Shown: one piece after another, positions 45,401 through 64,000 of the stretch
Layout of the letters: the number at the start of each line of letters is the position of its first letter
Numbering within the stretch: position 1 is the first letter of the stretch
Made by a program: the position numbers and the translations under genes
From: Oikopleura dioica
Taxonomy: Eukaryota; Animalia; Chordata
DNA length: 64,000 bases
Direction: 5' to 3'
Assembly: GCA_907165135.1 (NCBI GenBank)
Contig: OU015568.1
Location: 10,540,001-10,604,000 of the forward strand
Notes under the pieces: model-generated
What the model was told of the DNA's origin: nothing
The model's database searches: none
The model's input: only the letters and a program-made list of their open reading frames with translations

Positions 45401-48400
45401 GAGATACAGTCAGGGCAAGTCTGAGCTAATGGACCACGAAATAAGGTTGATTTCCGGCCTCAAAACTTGACCGAAAAATACTTTCGTAACTGACAGTTTT
45501 TCTTCAAAATATCAAACTTAGCTTATCTTAACGAGCTGGTACCGGCTCATATTCCGGCTGATACCCTGGAAAACGGGCACCGTTCAGTATCAAAGTGCCT
45601 CGCGCGGCGCTTTCCTTTCATCTCTCTCGCATAAGCAGTCTACTTTGCATAGTTGCGCCGCGATGAACAAACTCCTGCTGGTTGTTTATGCTTTCTTTCG
45701 AGGGCCATCTTCCAAAATTTCCCAAAAATTTAATTTAAAATTGAATTTGAATTTTTTTGTTGGAAAGATAAGGAGCATCTTGATCCGATCGGCCAGTTTG
45801 CACAGACTACAGCTGGCGAAGATTCCGAATACTGACTGAGGAATCCTTTTAGTCCCAATAAAGACTCTCCGCTAATAAGATAGAGGGAGGTCTTGTTCTT
45901 GAAATATCAGTAGAACAAGAAGGGGCTTCCTCTGGAATGTTTATTCCGGCGGAATCGGAATCGCGCGCGCTGCCGAGCTCGGCTTATCAAAGCAAATTCG
46001 GCGGTAGGTACAAAACAGTATTTAGAAGATTTAGCTGCCGAGGGAAGCGATTACGAGTATCGCGATTTTGATATTTCGAAGATTCTGTTTCGTCTAAAAC
46101 CCCAATCGAAGCGCAGATTTTCCAACAACGGCAAAACATCACAGAATCGAAATTAAACCGATTGCCGATAGTCTCGTTGTTTAAGAAGTTGGAATAACAA
46201 ATACAGGTCCATTATCGTTTTCCGTCAATAAATAAAAAATAAAGACAGAACTGGTCTCAAATTAGTTTTACTCAAGTCACGTTTTTAGCATAGATTTGAC
46301 TGTACTAAGACCGAATAATGATTTGTTTCTATTTTGGCCAGGCTGGCTTTAGGTTAAGTGAAGCGGAAGTACCTTTTTCGTGCGTTTTGTTTTTGGCTAG
46401 TAGGGCTGGGAAATGCTCAATTCCGCAAATGGTGGCTAATCCTCAGTTTCCTAAAGCAACTGGATCCAGCTTTAGAACACTTTTGGTGTTCTTCGAAAAC
46501 TCAACCCCTGCGTGCGAGGCTAAACCCTTCCGATAGCAATAAAAAATTAACCACTCTTCCCAGTCCTAAAATAGACCTTGAAATTCGAAAATAAACAAGT
46601 TGCTCTCAAGGACGAGCTAATCTGAAAAGAGGGTTGAAGAGCAGCTGATGCAGCAGGCAGATAGTCTTGGGAAGTTAGCAAAGGAAAGGACGCGGATTCA
46701 GGTTAATACTTGACCAAGGTCAAATTTCCGAAGTTGAATTGGATTAACGAAAGCAATTTTCTTTGTTTCCGATCACTTTCAAGTTTTCACAAATCTGTTG
46801 TTTTGAGAGAATATTCCTTGAACTTTCATGCTGAACATGATCGGGCAAATAACTGAAACTGCCGTAGATCAACGCGATTTACCTCTCGCTCAATTTCTTA
46901 GATGTTTTATTTTCCTAACTGTATCGAAAAAGATAGGTTTGGGTCTAACAGACGTTTTGTCTGCCCCCTAAGCTGGATAAGCTGCACATGGCACCACCCT
47001 ATGAATTTATTCGCATTGATTTTGGATTAATTCGGCTTCTTTTCGTTTTTCTAATTGACCGGAGATAGTTGACGATAAATAAACGTCAATAAAGGTAAAT
47101 CTGCGGCCATGGCCAGAATTGATATCTATTTATCGAGCTAGATATTCAATAAAAAAAAGAAAAACATTTCTTCACTTTTATCATTTTTCTCCTACCAAGG
47201 CCTCGTTAGTACTTTTAAGGCAAGAACGAAAACCGTTTTGAGCTTTGAAAAGCTTCCTGAGAATGCTTCTTATCATCGCATTTCTTTCCGATAACACTAG
47301 CTCAGCAGGGAGCACCGCTTGGCTACTGGGAATGAGCGCTTTACATATTCTAGCTCAGGCGATAAGGCTGTGCTGATAAGGGATCAAGTTTCTCGAGTGT
47401 TCCTTGGCTCTACTAACGATCAGCTTTATTGGCAAAAAATCCGTCGAAAGCGAAAATTCACCTTTCGTAAAGTTTAATGCAATTAGCACTTGAAAGGCGG
47501 CGGATTCTAGCGCATTTGATCGTGAATGCGATGTTTACCTGAATTCTAAAAGCTGATTTTCTTTTGAACCTGTGAATCTATGCAAGAAAATTCGAAAACG
47601 TCCCCATCCTTGAAGAGTTGCTGGAGTGCCAAAATTGGCGAATGACTTTTCGAAAAAGAAGACTCAAAAAACTAAATACCGATTTCTGTGATTTGCGCTT
47701 GGAACTTGCGTAAATGCGGGATGAACCTCAATATTTGGAGTGGACTGAGCTCGAATTTTACCTGGTGGAAAAGTGTGAAAGCGCCAAGTTGAAAAAATAT
47801 ATCATCGCCAGGTGTGATGCTCGTTCTGGTGCTGGTGGAGGTGCCCACCCGGGATATACAAAAATCTCGAAAAAGGTGCACCTGCCAATATACTAGAGAA
47901 TATTAGTGCAAGAGCAAGGTTCACTTGATTTTAGCAAGAGATGGAGAATGGAAAACTTTTGTGTATCCAAGTAAAATTTATTTCGAATAAGAAGTAAGTT
48001 TAGTAATTCTTACTTTTAAGTAGTGGACAGGATGAATAGTAAGGCTAGTCGTAATCTTTGTATTTCTCTAGCTCGTAGTAAATGTAGCAGTACCAAATTG
48101 GCTGCCTCTCTTCAGGAAGCTCCATGGTTTCTCGCTCTTTCCTTTTTTGAGTTTTTTAGTCTGAGGCGACGAGGGAAGTCTGCTCTTGTTTGAATTTTTA
48201 ACGAGGGATCCAGTAAGAGAGGGGGTTAATATTTCACACTTTGTCACTCGGCCAACGATCCAGAAAACACAGAGACTTTAGAAGGAAATTTACTGCCAAA
48301 AAAATTTATGACTCAATTCAACAAAGAAATTCTTTTGTTGGATCATCAATTAAAAGTTTGATTGAATAACTAATCGTCCGAATGATTCGAAATGCACTTT

Positions 48401-51400
48401 TCAAGATCGACAAAGTATTGAAAATGGCGGAGGAGCGAGGAAATGGTCCTTATTCAGTACATAGTTTAGTTTCCGGCAGAGCAGCGCTTCCGAAAACTGA
48501 CACTTATCGGAAAAGATTATCAAACTGAAGGAAGAGCCTTTTTGATGGTTACAGAAAGTTTTCTGCAAGCTTCAAGAGGGGTTTTACTCTTGTTACGTCG
48601 ATTTTAGAGCATGATTTCACGTTATAAATCATGACTTGATATTTTGTCTTAAATCCACAGTATTCTTCTTAGCTTTACAAATACAGGACTTTTTGCAACA
48701 AAAATGACTAGCTTACCTAGTATTAAATGTCCAGAAAAACCTTACCTTTCGGTTTTCATTTTTGATGTTTGTTGACATTCGCTGTGGCTTTGCATAAAAC
48801 TCGAAGGAGCCCAGTGGGGAGAAATTAGCGATATCATTCCATCGCTAAACACGCTCTTTGCATATTATCGAAGGTACAAAATACGGCTACAGATGCCTCG
48901 CCGGATGTTGACACTATTTCCCCGAACGTTTGGCTCATTTGTTTTTGCTGCTCAGCGATCACCAGTCTTATCGTCAAACGAGACAGTGATGGAGAAAATG
49001 TCTTGAGTCAAATCAAACTTGAATGATTACTGAGCTTTCGGCTACGATTTGAAAGTAAAAACGTAGTACTTAGATAAAGAGTAAAGAGCTAATAACTCAG
49101 ATGTGCACTTCTAACCGCCTGAAAACCAAGAAAATTCTAGTGGCAGAGGGCTTGCTTCTGTGGGCCAGACAGAGCGGGAACGCAAACATTTTTAGAAGAA
49201 GGAATCAAAACAAGCCGCTCCAGAATCTCCGATGAGCGGAGCAGCCGGGCGCCGAAAATATAAATTAACCCAAAAGATAATATTCCCCTCAGAACTACAA
49301 CTATCGCGCAAAATCGCCACGTGTGCCAGACGGATGGCTTCCAACACGTTTTTATAGTAATAATCAAAACATTTCCATTTGAGTCTCAACTCGAATCTTG
49401 AATTTAGAAATTGCAGATTATTCCTATTGGTCTGCTCCAAGTTCTAAGTGTCGTCTCGGCACGTTTTTGATGTTATATTTGAGTTTATCTGGTGTCATCT
49501 GGCATCCGGCGCTCTGCTCAATGACGATGAGCTGATGGGCTCGTTTGGATTTGTGACCACAGGCTGGCGTCTGTTTGATGTGCTGGTGCAAGAAAACCTC
49601 TCCACCAAAGACCAGAGGCGCCTGATTATGCGGCCAGGCTGACAGAGATCCGATTCTCCGATTTTGGCGGAAGCGGCGAGAGCTTCCAACGCTCGAGACA
49701 ATAACTTCTCTGACACTAAGACTGTAATTGTAAATATTCAACTCAATTCTAGTGCACTGGTCTTCATCTCATGAACAAATGTAAACGCTAATGTTATCGT
49801 TTATCAAGTTTAAACTTGATAAAATCGTAATTATCTCCCAGCTCAAAATGTAAAAATGGCGCAAAAGCACGAAAATAATAGGTTTGGGTGTTTGGTGCCC
49901 AGGTGCTGCTGCACCACGAAAATAAACCGCCAAAATATTTTGAAGTGCCGCGCCGCGACTCATCCCTTCTAATGACCTCGACGCTTTTTTGACGCGAATA
50001 GCTGAGGCCCGATTTAGCGGCAGAATTATTCGCCGCTTCTACTGTCACGTGAGTGAGTCTGATAAACTCCTGAAGATCGGGAATCGTCTCAAGAAGCCGT
50101 AAAAGGGCAGACTGGTGCGGGTTCCCGGTTCTATTTAGCCTGAAAATGCTTTATCAAGTGGGCAAAACAGAAATGTTTGGAGGACGCTACTAAAACCGCG
50201 GAAACGCCAAAAACATCAGAAATCCTATGCAAAGCTGATGGTGTTAAATACAGTCCAGGACGAGTGTCAAAATTGAAGAATAACGAGAAGATGACGTACA
50301 ACTGACGCTCGAAGAAGGTCAGCTTAGACCCGACCTTATTATCACTTTTTATGCCACATTTCTATAGAAAAATATATTTCAGCATTTGTACCCACCGAAA
50401 AAAACGGTTATTATAAATTTCTTTTTGGAATAATATTTCTAAAAACACGTTAAAATTCAATTTCGAAAATCCAACTCTATAAAGTTCATCCGCCCTGATC
50501 CAGACTTTGGAATGTAGCAGATATTCTTCAAGAGGCCGTGAAGTAGGGATGAGCCTGGTGAGTTTCTATTGGCTCAGCTCGAGAGTGGCGCTAGCGCCGG
50601 ATTATCCGCGCTAAGCCGCACTATTAGCTGGGCCAATCGTGGCGCGCCGTGCAGCGCATCTTCCAATTTAGAAAAGCGCCACCTATTGAAATGTTTTACG
50701 AAATTTTCGTTTTGGGGAGTAAGCGGGAGGATTAAAATTTTTAATCGTGAACTTAAACAAGATAAATGCCAAAATATATATTTTTTGGAATAATTTTTAA
50801 TCAAAAAATGCAGGAAAATGTTTGATTGATAAAACGAATAGAAAGGTCAATTTTATTTTCTGGTATTTTCTTTCGATTACGAAATTAAGCTTGTGATTAA
50901 ATATTAACTTCTGTAATTGGTGGTGTAAATAAAATGGTGTAAAATCTGGTGTAAGCGATAAATATCTCCACCAGAATCTGACGAGCGCGTGCTGAGACCG
51001 AAACAAGGCCGATTGCGGGCGACTTACGAGACCAAAACACTACAACAAGTACTGGCTTTTCTGATACGGCTAATGTTGCACTTTGGCACGTGATTAGCAA
51101 GATTCCAAATTGGCAAAGAACTTGCTCTTGAACAAAAGGCTGAAATTGAGTTGTCGTCGGATCTAAATATTTGCTGCCAATTTGCATACAAAATCCGAGT
51201 TCTCGACAAGTCTAAATCTAAACAGCCCTAAACAGAAGTTACGGAGATTTCAATTAGCGCTCTGTTGAAATAGAGCGGTCCAAAAATTGACATGGCTGTA
51301 GTTTTCGAAATTCGAACATGAACTAGAAACTCAAGCGTTGTCTAAATAAGTGAAGATCTGGCCTGATCCGGGATCTTATCTTTTTGATTGTGTTTGGCTC

Positions 51401-54400
51401 AGCTTTGGTCGAGCATCCACTTGAGCCGCTCTTTTTCACAGTTGCGAGTAAATTTTAAAAATTGGAAAGTGGCTGAGAACGTGGCGACTCAGGAGAGGTG
51501 CGAGCTCAAACACTAGACCGCCGGTGTGAACATAAAAATACAGAGTACTTCTGCGCCAGAGTACTCTTCGAGGCCACTTCTACGGGTATATTCTATACAA
51601 GGCTACTTTCAAAGCATTCATGGGTCTTTTTCACTCTTTTATTGAAGGCTTTAACAGCAGAGGGCTTTGTTAATAGGTGACGAGAGCGAAAGCCAAGGGG
51701 AAGTTTAATAAGGCTCTACGGCCATTTGTGACAAATCTGGCGAAACTCAAGCACGAGAGCCTAAACCGCTTATCTTCTATCGCCTCTGAGGATTATTCTC
51801 GAAATGAAAACCATAAATATATTCTCCCTCTCTCTTTTCGGTTTTAACAGCAATCACGACCTTCTTTCGGCTTGATTTTGTAGCGGTAGAAATTCTAGCA
51901 GGATTAGCATTTGAGAATTCACCACTTCCTGAAATTTCGCCGATTTCTCTTTCTTCATCGGCGGCGGATTAATTCAATTTATTGCGTCAAGACGACCTTG
52001 GGCGGAAATTCACCGCGGTCGGGCACGGTCCTTTCAAGTTGCCCTTTCCGGCCCGTGGCGTATTACAGAAAAAGTATATTTTGGTTTTATTCTTGAGCTG
52101 CACCGCTATTAGCATTTTTCCGCGACCTCGGATAAATAATTCAAGCTTGGCTTTTTGAAAGTCGCCTCCTCGGAGCAGTAATGAAAATACACAAGAATTC
52201 GCGCATTTTCAAGGTATGCTTTCAAGTGGCGAAATAAGATGCAACACCAAAATACAAAATTTTGCAACTTTCTTCTTTCAGCCCATAAGTTTTGAAAATT
52301 TTTTCATGAAAAGCCATCTGGTCGCCTTTATCAGGCCCAACACTTGTGTAAATGCTCTTATATCAACTGCTGATAAGAATTTCTTGAATCGTGCGTTGTA
52401 TCCTTACTAGTACGTGGCATGGGAACCGGGTATATTTGTGATTAGGTAATCATAGAATGGAAAAAACCTGCGCTGAGGTGAATTCAAGTTGGCAAGGGAT
52501 CGCGCTCCTTATCAGTGCTCAGGAGGAAGGAGTACTGATAACGAAAGGATCGTGTGAAGGAAATAGCATTATTTAAGGAAGTGACATTATTTACAGTAAA
52601 ACGAGTAGCAGCAGGGCCGTGGATTTTCAGGAAACTAAAAACAAACAATTCAAATTAGGAAGTTTATGCTTCCGATAAGTTTCCCAGCCGGATTAGCTAA
52701 CGAAATGTACCTCTCAGGCCATCAAGCGCTTTTTATGTCCGTAATACGGGGAAACTAATAATTTTTCATCAAATAGGTTTTTCGACAAAAAGCCCCGAAT
52801 CTGGGGCAAGCATAAATTCAGTTCGTATGTTTGAAGGGTTAAAAATAACGTTGTTTTTATTCAATAAAAAAGGGCATCAATATAATTAATATTTTTTTGA
52901 AGAAAGTAATTTTATTGTGTCTGAAAATTCAATCTGGAAGTTCAAATTAGAAGTCTAGTTTTTACTTTTTGTAACCGAAGTTTTAGAAATAGAAAAAAGT
53001 TGTTGGCGTGAATGCGCGGTTTCGAGTACGGTGGATGTACTCTTGGTGCTGGTGGTGGAATTACAGATTCCAACTCTGGCGGTGTTGGCGGCGACCGCAG
53101 AGCAGTGTCCCTCGATTATGGGAAAATGAAGAATGAAACAGAAATTGGCGAGAGGTGACCTCGGATAATCGGATCCGCACCACGCTTGTGTGGTTCTGAC
53201 CTCGTGACATAACAAAATCTGCCAAGCGCCAAAATCGCAGCGGTCGAAACATACTTGTATTGCGGTTGGAAAGTGTGAGCCCTAGAATGGCCACTATTCT
53301 TAACAAATTTGAAGTATTGTAGAACACTTTACTTATACAATCCTTTTACTAATTTTCGACCATTAAAAAACTTACTCTTCAGATTTGTTTTGAGATCAAA
53401 TAGATTCAACTCGAGTGTTTGATAGAAGAAGGTACTTCCCAAAGGTTAAGAGACACAAAGTGGCGATGGGCACCGGTCTTAACCCGCGCTCGACACAATG
53501 TAATCGCGCGATGACGAGTTAACTCCGCAACGCGCCCGACCACTTTGTGATGAAGATATTTTACAAGTCAGTTTTAGATTTTCGCAAAACGCTTTCTCAG
53601 TCTGATCCTCTTCTCTAAAGCAAATAATATTGAGTCATTAATTTCTTCAATTCTAAATCTCCCAAAACAAACTGACCGACTTTTGATGCTCGAAAAAAAT
53701 TTCCTCCCCCATTTATTACGTAACTTCGGCTGATCCTTTGTGAGCCTTCGCGAGCTTGGATTTATTCAGTGACGCCCAGTTCAGTACTTTTGCGAGGAGA
53801 TCGTTTACTTCGACTGCACCTGTTTCTAAACAAACAAGGGAGCTGATCGAAATTGCCAAAAACTCGAATTATTTATTAAATTTACAAAAGTAGCATAAAG
53901 AAATGGGATTCAAGGCTTTTTCAAAACATCGAGTTTGGAATAGTTTCCGTATTTTCTCGCTTCAGTTTTTCCTCGAAACCTGGTTTACGCTTAGAAGTAC
54001 GCGTGAACCACAAATCTTCAAGTGAAATATTTTCGTTGTCTTAGATTACGATTAATGACGCCCAGTCTGACTGCGCTCGTGAAAATTTACATGTGGTGTC
54101 GGAAGCCCAAGAGTATCACATAACTATAATGAAAAAATCAAAAGGGATGAATCTGGCGGAGGACGCCAGACAGGCGGCGCGAGCGTTGCGGTCGGCGCAC
54201 ACCTCCACCAGATTGGAGTCGAGCAGAACCGAGAATATCACACCGCAAGACATTCACAAATATCAGAATTAGCTTGTTATTAACACGAGATTACGACACG
54301 TTCTTTATTTTTCGTTGGCATCATCAACTTTAAAAATCATCGGCAAAAGTATGATATCTATTTGAGATTCATTATTTCCATATTCTAATGGGTTTTCTCA

Positions 54401-57400
54401 TCAATCAGTATGAATAGAGAGCTCAATCAATTCTGCCTCAGCGAGCTCACTCTTCAAATCGAGCTAATCCCCTTTTCTCGCCTTTCTCAGAATATATTTT
54501 CTCCTCAGCTTCTTTTCAGCCGGGCCGGGACCTCGTATTCTTGAGCTCTTCCGGTAGCATTAAATCGGTGGGAAAGAATACTAATCGGGCGCTCACTATC
54601 GAAAATTGTGGCTCAGAGTGTCTCCTATTACTGGATGATCCTGTTATCGAGCCGTGCCGATTTGGATGCAAATGGTCGTCTTCGCGAAATTCGCTCTTCA
54701 TGGGAATTTCGCGTGGTGATGAAATGGCGCACTTGGAGTCAGGTGCCTTAATCCGGCTCTAGAAGATTTTATTTCCAACCGAGGAATATAAAGAGATCTT
54801 AAGTACCAGTGGGAAATTTTGTGTTTTAGTGCTTATGTATGATTAATATTGAACACCTGAGATGATAACTACAAAGAAAACTCGTCAACTTTTATTAAAA
54901 ACAGGACTTTTTCAAACGATTTTTCATGAATTCACATTTGGCGTATTTCCCATAATTGGCATAATTCGTCGTTTTCTCGAAAAACGCTCCAAAATCGGTG
55001 CTCGTCCCATTCCAAAAGCATGCTTGCGGGCGCATTTCCGACAGTGGCCCAGAAGCGTCCCACGGCTCCTAAATCCGAAAGCTAGAAGAGAATGCCTGAA
55101 AGGAATGGTGTTCAAATTCCCACTAAAACAGCGGCTTTGGCACGCTTCTGGTGCCACTAGTCTGAGACTCAACCTTACTAAGACATAATGGACCTAACGC
55201 ATTCCGCGGTTATCATTTCAAAGCCATTCAATTACCTTACATAAGACCCTAGTGCCTTCAGTCTAATCTGATAACTAAAGTGAAGTTAGAAAATTATTAG
55301 GTTTAAACATTCGATATTGATTGAAAATAAATATTTTTTTATTATAACAATTGTTATCTTAGCATTGCAAACGGCTGTAATTACAGATTTTAAACGGTAC
55401 CCTCGGATGTTCATTGTGAGAAAAGTGTTTGTGTTCATTTTTTCTTATAAAAGATATTGTGCCTTCATATAACGTAAGGTAAGGAAGTTTTTATACTCAC
55501 TTGCCGAAGCATAGTTGGGAAGTCAGTAAGTGTTTGTAATCACTGGCGTGTTTCATCGGTCCCCAAAAACTGCCCTTTCTACTGATAGTCTTTAAATTTA
55601 TGGTCTTTGAAACGATCACGTGAATTTTTATCAACGAGTTTAATTTGGATAGAATTGGGAAGAATCAACGGGAAACTATTGCAATGGCATATTTTCTGTC
55701 TTCAATCTGGAGTCCAAAATAACACTTGTGTCGATAATTTTGAAATTGATGGGCGGATTAGAGCTGGGGGATGGAATCGATCACCCCGGCTCATCCGCGC
55801 TGATTTGGGCGGTGGGGTCTGCTTGAACTCGCGAATCAATTTCCGTAAAAAACTTATCAGCGACAGAAAGAAAAAGGACTGATTTTAGAAAGTCGGCTGA
55901 TCCCGCTGTAAATGGTGGGGATGAGCCGACTGTTGCTCTTTGAGATTTGAGCGTGGCGCGTCCACGGTCGCGTCAAAAGTCTCGAAATTGAAACCGCCGG
56001 AGACCGCCGAGCGAGGAAAACACACATTGTTAACACAATACCGAGCACTGTGATTATTCACACTAGAATTGCAATTATTTGAACCTTCAAAATCTTCAGA
56101 AAACTTTTTGACGTTACCCCTTTTATTGATTCTTTTACTTTTTATTAGAAGAAAATGATAAGTGTTTGCGTAAACACGTATTTTCAGGATTCTGCTTATC
56201 GAAGAAATTCTTGGCTAATCTGGCCACTAATCCGTTATTTGGTGTTGGTGGAGGTGTGAGGCTCAATCCACGCGAGCTCGATCCCATCCGTTCACAGCTG
56301 AGCTGGTGCTCATACGCGCGCACTGAAAATATTTTTTCGAATTTCGCGCCAAATTGGCGATTTACGCGATCAGCTGCTGTAAATTCCAGTGAACAGAAAT
56401 GAAAACTTATTTTGGTACTTAATCTAATGGGCTGGAAAATTTCTGCTCAAATAAAGCAATCATTCTTAAATTCTAGTCGCCTCTTCTTCCAAGCATCAAG
56501 TACAGAAATCAAGAGATAAACAATTTCCATAGCTCGAGAATTTTGTCCTTCAATGTATAATACGCGCGGCATATCAAAGCTTTGGATTCCGCAGGAGCAC
56601 CACCGCACACCATATTCTGCAGGAGTCAATCCAACCCATGGGAATTTGCGCGATCAGATCAGGCGCAGAATTATTTGTAAACGAACAAATTCTCAATCTC
56701 AATTCTATTTGTCGAAAAATGCCCACTCCAAATGCCCTTCATGTGGTCGAGGTGCAAAATGTATTCGCGGTTAAGGGACCCCCACCGGGACCCCCACGCG
56801 CTTGGTTTGCGATAGGAGGCTCGAAAAAACTGGAAATGTAATTTACCAGTTGTCTGCTGAACTGACCTGAGTGAAACTAGCTGGCATGAGTAGAGGCAGT
56901 AATCGAGCAGAATGGCCCGCTCTATATATCGAAATCGGCTTATTTTGACGGTGGGGCTCGCTTTGAGGCGATTTCATTTCACTAAAACCGGATTGGACTT
57001 GGGCACACGCGCGCGGACTCACATTCTACCCCTGCGACGATGGTATATGATATGGCATCGATTCGGTAACTGAAAATAACAGTGGACGCTCTCTGGCTAA
57101 TGGATGTCTCGATGGGATCATCCGGCTCACATCCTAGCGACTGCTAAATTGCGAACGCTTTACCCCTATCGAATATTACCGAAAACCAGAATATAAGCTG
57201 TTTCAATATAATTTTTTGTCTTAATTAGCTGTTACTTTATTTTCTTTTAATAATCGGTGTTTTTTTTATAATCTGCAGCATTGCTTTTGTATTTGAAGTA
57301 TTAAGTGATTCTGGAAAGTACTGTAATAAGTGGGATTCTACGTCTTTTCTCGGTTTATTTACGTCTTAGGTCGGCTAAACTGGTGTTGGTGGTGCAACGG

Positions 57401-58977
57401 CTCTTTGCGCGAATGGTGTTTGAATGCTCGCTGGGTTTATGCATTTGGGAGTCAGAAAGTTGGTGCTCTGATGCACCAGCAACACCAACCATCAACAGGA
57501 GCAAAGCTGACAAGAGTACCTTTCGCCATGAGAGCTCCCAGAGGCCTAAGCATCAGGGAGCAGGATTATAAGCCAGTTTAGCTACTCTGGCTCGATCAAC
57601 GAATGCCGTGCTAAACTCGCTGCCGGATCATCCCGCTGCCTTTATGCCAAACAATGCGCCGCCGCCATCTTGCTCCACCAGAAGAGAGGTGGAGTCCTTT
57701 CTCACGCCGCTTTAGTGAATCTGGCATTCTAGAGCGTTTGACTGAAAAGATACCGCCGAGAATAAATTGGATGAAAATAGTTACAGATTCTAAAAGTTCT
57801 CTTTTCTTTAAAAATTAATGTCAAAAGATTGATATTTTAGAAGTAAATCTACTTTCCATAATCGCATCTAGCACAAAAAAGGCGGAGTACCGGTCAACAA
57901 GAGTCGGTAAAGAGGCTATGAACCAATGCCGCATGGAAGGGCATGGAGATAAGCTCGAGCTGCGGCACTGTCAAGGGCAACGGGCTTTTCTGATCGCTTC
58001 TCCGCCGCATTGCTGTCACGTTAAAGCCGATTTAAACAATATGGCTAAATGGACATATTATTCACGTAACTGGTTAACCTGTTAGATCGTGCCAGTAGCC
58101 GACAGTTCAAGTTTGGCTGCGAAAGAAGAAAGTACGTGTGCCAACTGGTACTTAATCATTTTGTCTTCGTCTTGATCCGCGTGGGAGGCTCCTCCACTTT
58201 GCTCCGGGAGCTTGATCCACTACAACTAATCCCTTCCTGTGTCACTTTCTAGCTTTTATTCCCTCATTATCGTTTGTTCAAGCCATAATTTTTGGGAAAA
58301 ATATTTTCTATCAAAAGTTGTGTTACGAAAACCACAGTGAACTTTCGACCGATAAAAATGAGTATTTTCTCTAATCAGAAGTTTTTGATAAGATAAATAA
58401 ATTGAATCTTAAAACTATTTTTTCTCAATTTAGATCTAAAAATTTACGTCAAATTCATAAAACGACCTTGAAAGTGACGAAAAATTAAGATGAATCAAGG
58501 CTAAAGTGTCATTTCCCTCAAAAATCGCTTCAAAAATGTGTGACTTTGCATATTTTAGGTAATGTGAACGTAATGATCTTTCTTTTGTCATTCTGAGCGG
58601 GCTGAGCTGAGCCAGGCCGGCCAGCTGAGCTGTGGCTGAGCCCGGTGCTGGGTCCGCTGCTGGCGGCTGATCGTCGCGCCGCGCCTGGCGCTTGGTGCTG
58701 GATCAAGCACTCGGCGTGGAGCTACCTCGGAGCGCCACCGCGCGGCCACTTTCACTGCGGCGGGATAATGCTGCTCAAGAGTGGCAAATATGGTCACTTA
58801 GGGGCGTTCTAGCCCATCTGAAACTGACCAGAGCCGAGTCCAGAGCGCACAAATCCACGGATAAACCCTCACACACCACGAAAATTTGATTTTACCGATT
58901 TTCCTCGCTCACCAGTAGAAATCACCGATTAGCACTAGAATTTACTTGTCCTAAATTCAACGCACACAAGAGTAGAG
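42468..58977. promoter_or_regulatory. 16.5-kb region between divergent Otx genes; probable shared cis-regulatory landscape
   Basis: No homology-supported or coherently spliced ORF found; GC-rich patches at about 42.6, 50.6 and 58.6 kb; GGATTA/TAATCC sites (e.g. 42699, 43874, 44124, 50599, 52690, 54749, 55755). Confidence 0.6.
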
Positions 58978-62926
<3,949 letters not shown>

Positions 62927-64000
62927 AAAAAAGTCGCATCTTTATTTTTTTGCTTCTGTCAATTTTAAATTCTCATCAAAAACTCAGTAATCCTAAATGT
63001 TCATACCGTGCAAATTATTACATACACATTATTGATTACAGTCTTATAAATGACTGTAGTTGTCTTTTCATGTGCTTCCTAAGGGCGTCAACAGCGATTT
63101 CTATTGCAGAATCATCTTTTAACGATGATGACGCCCTTACACTTTTCTTTCGAAAAACTGTATTTATTACTACTGGTTCATTTGTAGATATTATTTGAAA
63201 TAAAAATACATCTAAAAATTACGCCTTGGCTCTCTTTTTCTATTTTTGTCGGGGGATAAATTTATGAGAGGCCTACTTTGTTCAGATAAAGAGGATAAAC
63301 TGGCTAAGATTGATTAAAACATGCCAGGATACTAGGTACTTAGACCCTCTAAGCAATCGTCAATACTAGGTATAATCATGTGTTAGCTGCAAAAATACCC
63401 AATAATAAATCTGCAAGGATATCACTGGACAGCATTTTTGGGCATATTGCCGCATATAAGCTTTATATTATAAAGAAGCGGACAACATATTAGGGTGAAC
63501 TTATTGTTAAAAATATAATTTCTTTTAAATTTTCAAGCATCTGTAATTTTGTACGTGCATATTTGAGAGAAAAAAGATAGTGTTTTGATTTGAATCCATA
63601 AATCACCGTGACGCGCGTCGTATTTTTGTGGAGTGAAAGAGAAGAGAAAACGAAATGAAAATGTTTTTTCAATCGCAGCGGCAAAATGTTGTTTCCGCCG
63701 ACGAGTCTGGCAGCGCCTCCGCCACAAGAAACCACCGGAAGTAATCCAGCACCAGATCACCAGATTCCCCTTTCACGTGATTATTTTAATAAAAATGCGA
63801 AGCGCACGTTGAGATTTCGAAATGGAATTTAAGCTTTTCATCAGATTTTCATCAAATGTTTATGTTATGCATATTCTTTATTCCAAATTGAAGCCGGTTG
63901 GAAGACGGGAGCGTATTATCCGTTGTCCGAAATGGAGCCCGAGTCTTAGAGCCTAAATCAGGGCTGAACCTGTCACTGGCAAATCAGATGAGCGCCGGCT

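Noticed and set aside
42900-58900. Short ORFs between the Otx genes (e.g. 42923-43390, 49424-49741, 52955-53327, 54516-54701)
   Set aside because: No motifs, no coherent splicing, no homeobox; a Pro-rich minus frame near 53.0-53.1 kb was noted but is too weak to call.

Overview
Compact, AT-rich eukaryotic (chordate) genomic DNA. Introns of about 35-115 nt, GA-AG/GG-AG/GC-AG introns, same-strand genes 50-450 bp apart with splice-acceptor-like sites just before the ATG, and an Otx paralog pair point to a larvacean tunicate, most likely Oikopleura (inference). Left half is gene-dense: two orphan genes, a secreted EGF-ZP protein, tyrosyl-tRNA synthetase, ENY2, taspase-1, a plexin, cornichon, CSTPP1/C11orf49 and two CCCH-coiled-coil-RING genes, one hit by a 3.6-kb hAT transposon with an apparently intact spliced transposase. 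Right half: an Elk-type ETS gene, a small membrane-protein gene and two head-to-head Otx genes separated by 16.5 kb in which I could identify no gene. Three non-autonomous TIR elements have clear target-site duplications. Best leads: (1) the hAT right end rebuilds the host splice acceptor, so the whole element could be spliced out; (2) TyrRS has yeast-type NYR instead of ELR and an AIMP1/p43-type rather than YARS1-type C-terminal domain; (3) two cornichon introns fit homology only if the donor is shifted 1 nt off the GT; (4) the plexin has His at the predicted GAP arginine finger; (5) a recurrent GCCGGATTA motif between the Otx genes. Gene models are hand-spliced, and comparisons with human proteins are from memory, not database searches.
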